A stretch of DNA of 64,000 bases, taken from sequence record ON000910.1. The stretch is one strand, 5' to 3'. The notes beneath the pieces were generated by a model. That model was not told the DNA's origin, did no database searches, and saw only the letters and a list, made by a program, of their open reading frames with translations. A program made the position numbers and the translations under genes. Below are positions 62,519 through 64,000 of this stretch, one piece after another (within the stretch, counting starts at the first letter, position 1; each line of letters begins with the position of its first letter).

Positions 62519-62893
62519 TTAATCTTCACAATTTTCAAGTTCAATTCGAAGCTCGTTTGTTAGAACGACATCTTCCCAATTTGTTTCAGGACAACATACA
62601 AACCATTTACCGTCTTTAAACATGTAGTTGTATTCTTGCTCGGGGATGTTGTCGATGTAAATCGTAAGGTCTTCACCACGATCACGAGCGTAGAAAACGC
62701 TATCTTCGATTGTACCACTAAGTGAGCTACATTCACCTTGATCGATAAGTGCATTGATTTCGTTTTCTGTACGGTAGAACTGAAGTAGATTGTCAGCTAC
62801 ACCACCACCCCATAAACCACCATCCCAGTGACAGTAGATTGAACGAACTTGACCGTTTTCTTGTGTAATGCTAATGCTTGAATTTGTGCTCAT
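62519..62893 (-). CDS. Conserved phage hypothetical protein (MST.S.I...SIYCHWDG)
   Basis: Common phage motif; start at 62893. Confidence 0.68.
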   Translation of the reverse strand: MSTNSSISITQENGQVRSIYCHWDGGLWGGGVADNLLQFYRTENEINALIDQGECSSLSGTIEDSVFYARDRGEDLTIYIDNIPEQEYNYMFKDGKWFVCCPETNWEDVVLTNELRIELENCED

Positions 62894-63255
62894 TAAATTG
62901 CTTCCCATGTTGTGATTGTTACTTCGCGTGCTGGTTCCCATTCATACTGTTCTAAGCATTCTTGAACTGAGTACCAATAAGGGTCGATTGCGTCTGATAA
63001 GATCCAATAACCGACTAGCTCTGGGTCAATATCTCGCTCTTCGCATGAATCTTGACTTAACCAAGATGTTTTGAATTTAGTATACGTGCCTTGTCGTATC
63101 TCTATGACATACTTCGCTTGTGGCACGCCCTTTCTATCTGCAAGATTGACAGTATCAATATGCGAGTAGTTGTGCTCGACTTGATCAAGCTGCTCTTCAG
63201 TGAATACCATAAGTACCTCAATAAACCAAGGAGCTGAAACAGTGTCGTCAGACAC
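62893..63255 (-). CDS. Hypothetical protein
   Basis: GGAG SD, GTG start. Confidence 0.58.
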   Translation of the reverse strand: MSDDTVSAPWFIEVLMVFTEEQLDQVEHNYSHIDTVNLADRKGVPQAKYVIEIRQGTYTKFKTSWLSQDSCEERDIDPELVGYWILSDAIDPYWYSVQECLEQYEWEPAREVTITTWEAI

Positions 63256-63284
63256 TCAGCTCCGCAGGAACGCCGATTTTTGTA

Positions 63285-63986
63285 CTATTTTTGTACAAAA
63301 TATTCAATCTTGCCGTCTACTTCTTGTGGGATTGCTTTCTCAACAACGCCACTGAAGTTAAATTGCTCAAGCGAGATTGCCGCTTGCTGATCGTCGCTAG
63401 TACCGAATTCATTCACCGGTTTCACGTCAACCTTGATGATGTCTTCGCCAGCTACCGGCTCATTTTCAGGGATTGTGTAGAAAACACCACCCGTGTGATA
63501 CAGAAGCTTCCACTTACCCCAGCCGTCCTCGGTAAACGTCTGAACACGGAAGATAGCGTCGCGCCTTGGCATCTGAATAGTGTAGCGAGTGTCGCACTCA
63601 GGGCAATGACGTACCGAACGACCTCTGAAGTCTTGCGAACGCACACTAAGCAATCTGTGGTCTTCAGTATGACATAGACATTTATCGTCTGGTGTTTGGT
63701 AGTGGTAGCGCATAATCTCAACTGAAGTCGCAATACCGCAGAAGTATGGCGCGTGAATTGCTTCTTTCGGCACACGCTCGTCAATAACGTAGGCATAAAC
63801 GTAGTTCTGTTGCATATTGTCTCTAAACAACAGCACTTCGATTTGCCCGTCAGGCAAGTAATCGTTAGCTACTAGATGTTTAAGATTCTCTGCCCATAAG
63901 TTGACAAAGTAATAACCTTGTGAGTTGCTACAGTAATTTCCGTGTGCGAACGGGAATGAACCTGATACACCACAAAGAGACGACAT
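63285..63986 (-). CDS. Hypothetical Cys-rich protein
   Basis: 233-aa ORF with several Cys/His pairs. Confidence 0.62.
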   Translation of the reverse strand: MSSLCGVSGSFPFAHGNYCSNSQGYYFVNLWAENLKHLVANDYLPDGQIEVLLFRDNMQQNYVYAYVIDERVPKEAIHAPYFCGIATSVEIMRYHYQTPDDKCLCHTEDHRLLSVRSQDFRGRSVRHCPECDTRYTIQMPRRDAIFRVQTFTEDGWGKWKLLYHTGGVFYTIPENEPVAGEDIIKVDVKPVNEFGTSDDQQAAISLEQFNFSGVVEKAIPQEVDGKIEYFVQK

Positions 63987-64000
63987 CCCGATTCTTGCGT

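Noticed and set aside
181-63796. Numerous antisense or alternate-frame ORFs nested in long genes (e.g. 181-510, 13543-13794, 18718-19005, 29216-29575, 39387-39794, 40135-40602, 63291-63677)
   Set aside because: They are shadow ORFs of well-supported genes, with no SD or recognisable motifs.

Overview
64 kb segment of a large T4-like vibriophage (KVP40/Schizotequatrovirus-like, judged from T4-type gene order, AsiA, NadV, QueE and TATAAATA late promoters). The + strand half carries gp3, dNMP kinase gp1, 57A and 57B (Acb1), then a ~10 kb tRNA/ncRNA cluster, an RNA-metabolism cluster (cREC receiver-like, DUF2828 TROVE/Ro60-vWA-like, YkuK RNase H-like), four tail-fibre genes and a probable holin. 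The tRNA cluster has 28 tRNA genes whose anticodons cover all 20 amino acids, 5 tRNA chimeras and many structured spacers. The - strand half carries Tad2-like DUF2829, AsiA, PhoH, an M15 endolysin, an ART-fold protein, QueE, topoisomerase gp52, NrdC.10, NrdCBA, NadV, a PagP-like barrel, a CYTH protein and ~35 small early ORFs. Main discovery candidate: one covarying RNA motif, a 6-bp helix X/X' with X-NN-NC(A/T)GCAA on one strand and X'-(T/A)G on the other, occurs about 14 times. It forms stand-alone ncRNAs, is grafted in circularly permuted form into the anticodon arm of five tRNA scaffolds, and folds over the SD/start codon of the Ro60-like gene. This suggests a phage Ro60-like RNP system with Y-RNA-like tRNA chimeras and translational autoregulation. 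Other candidates are a tandem pair of covarying H-type pseudoknots behind an early promoter, a 240-nt tmRNA-shaped RNA, and a hairpin plus 6x9-nt TTAG array repeated 53 kb apart. All protein calls come from recalled motifs and synteny, not database searches.
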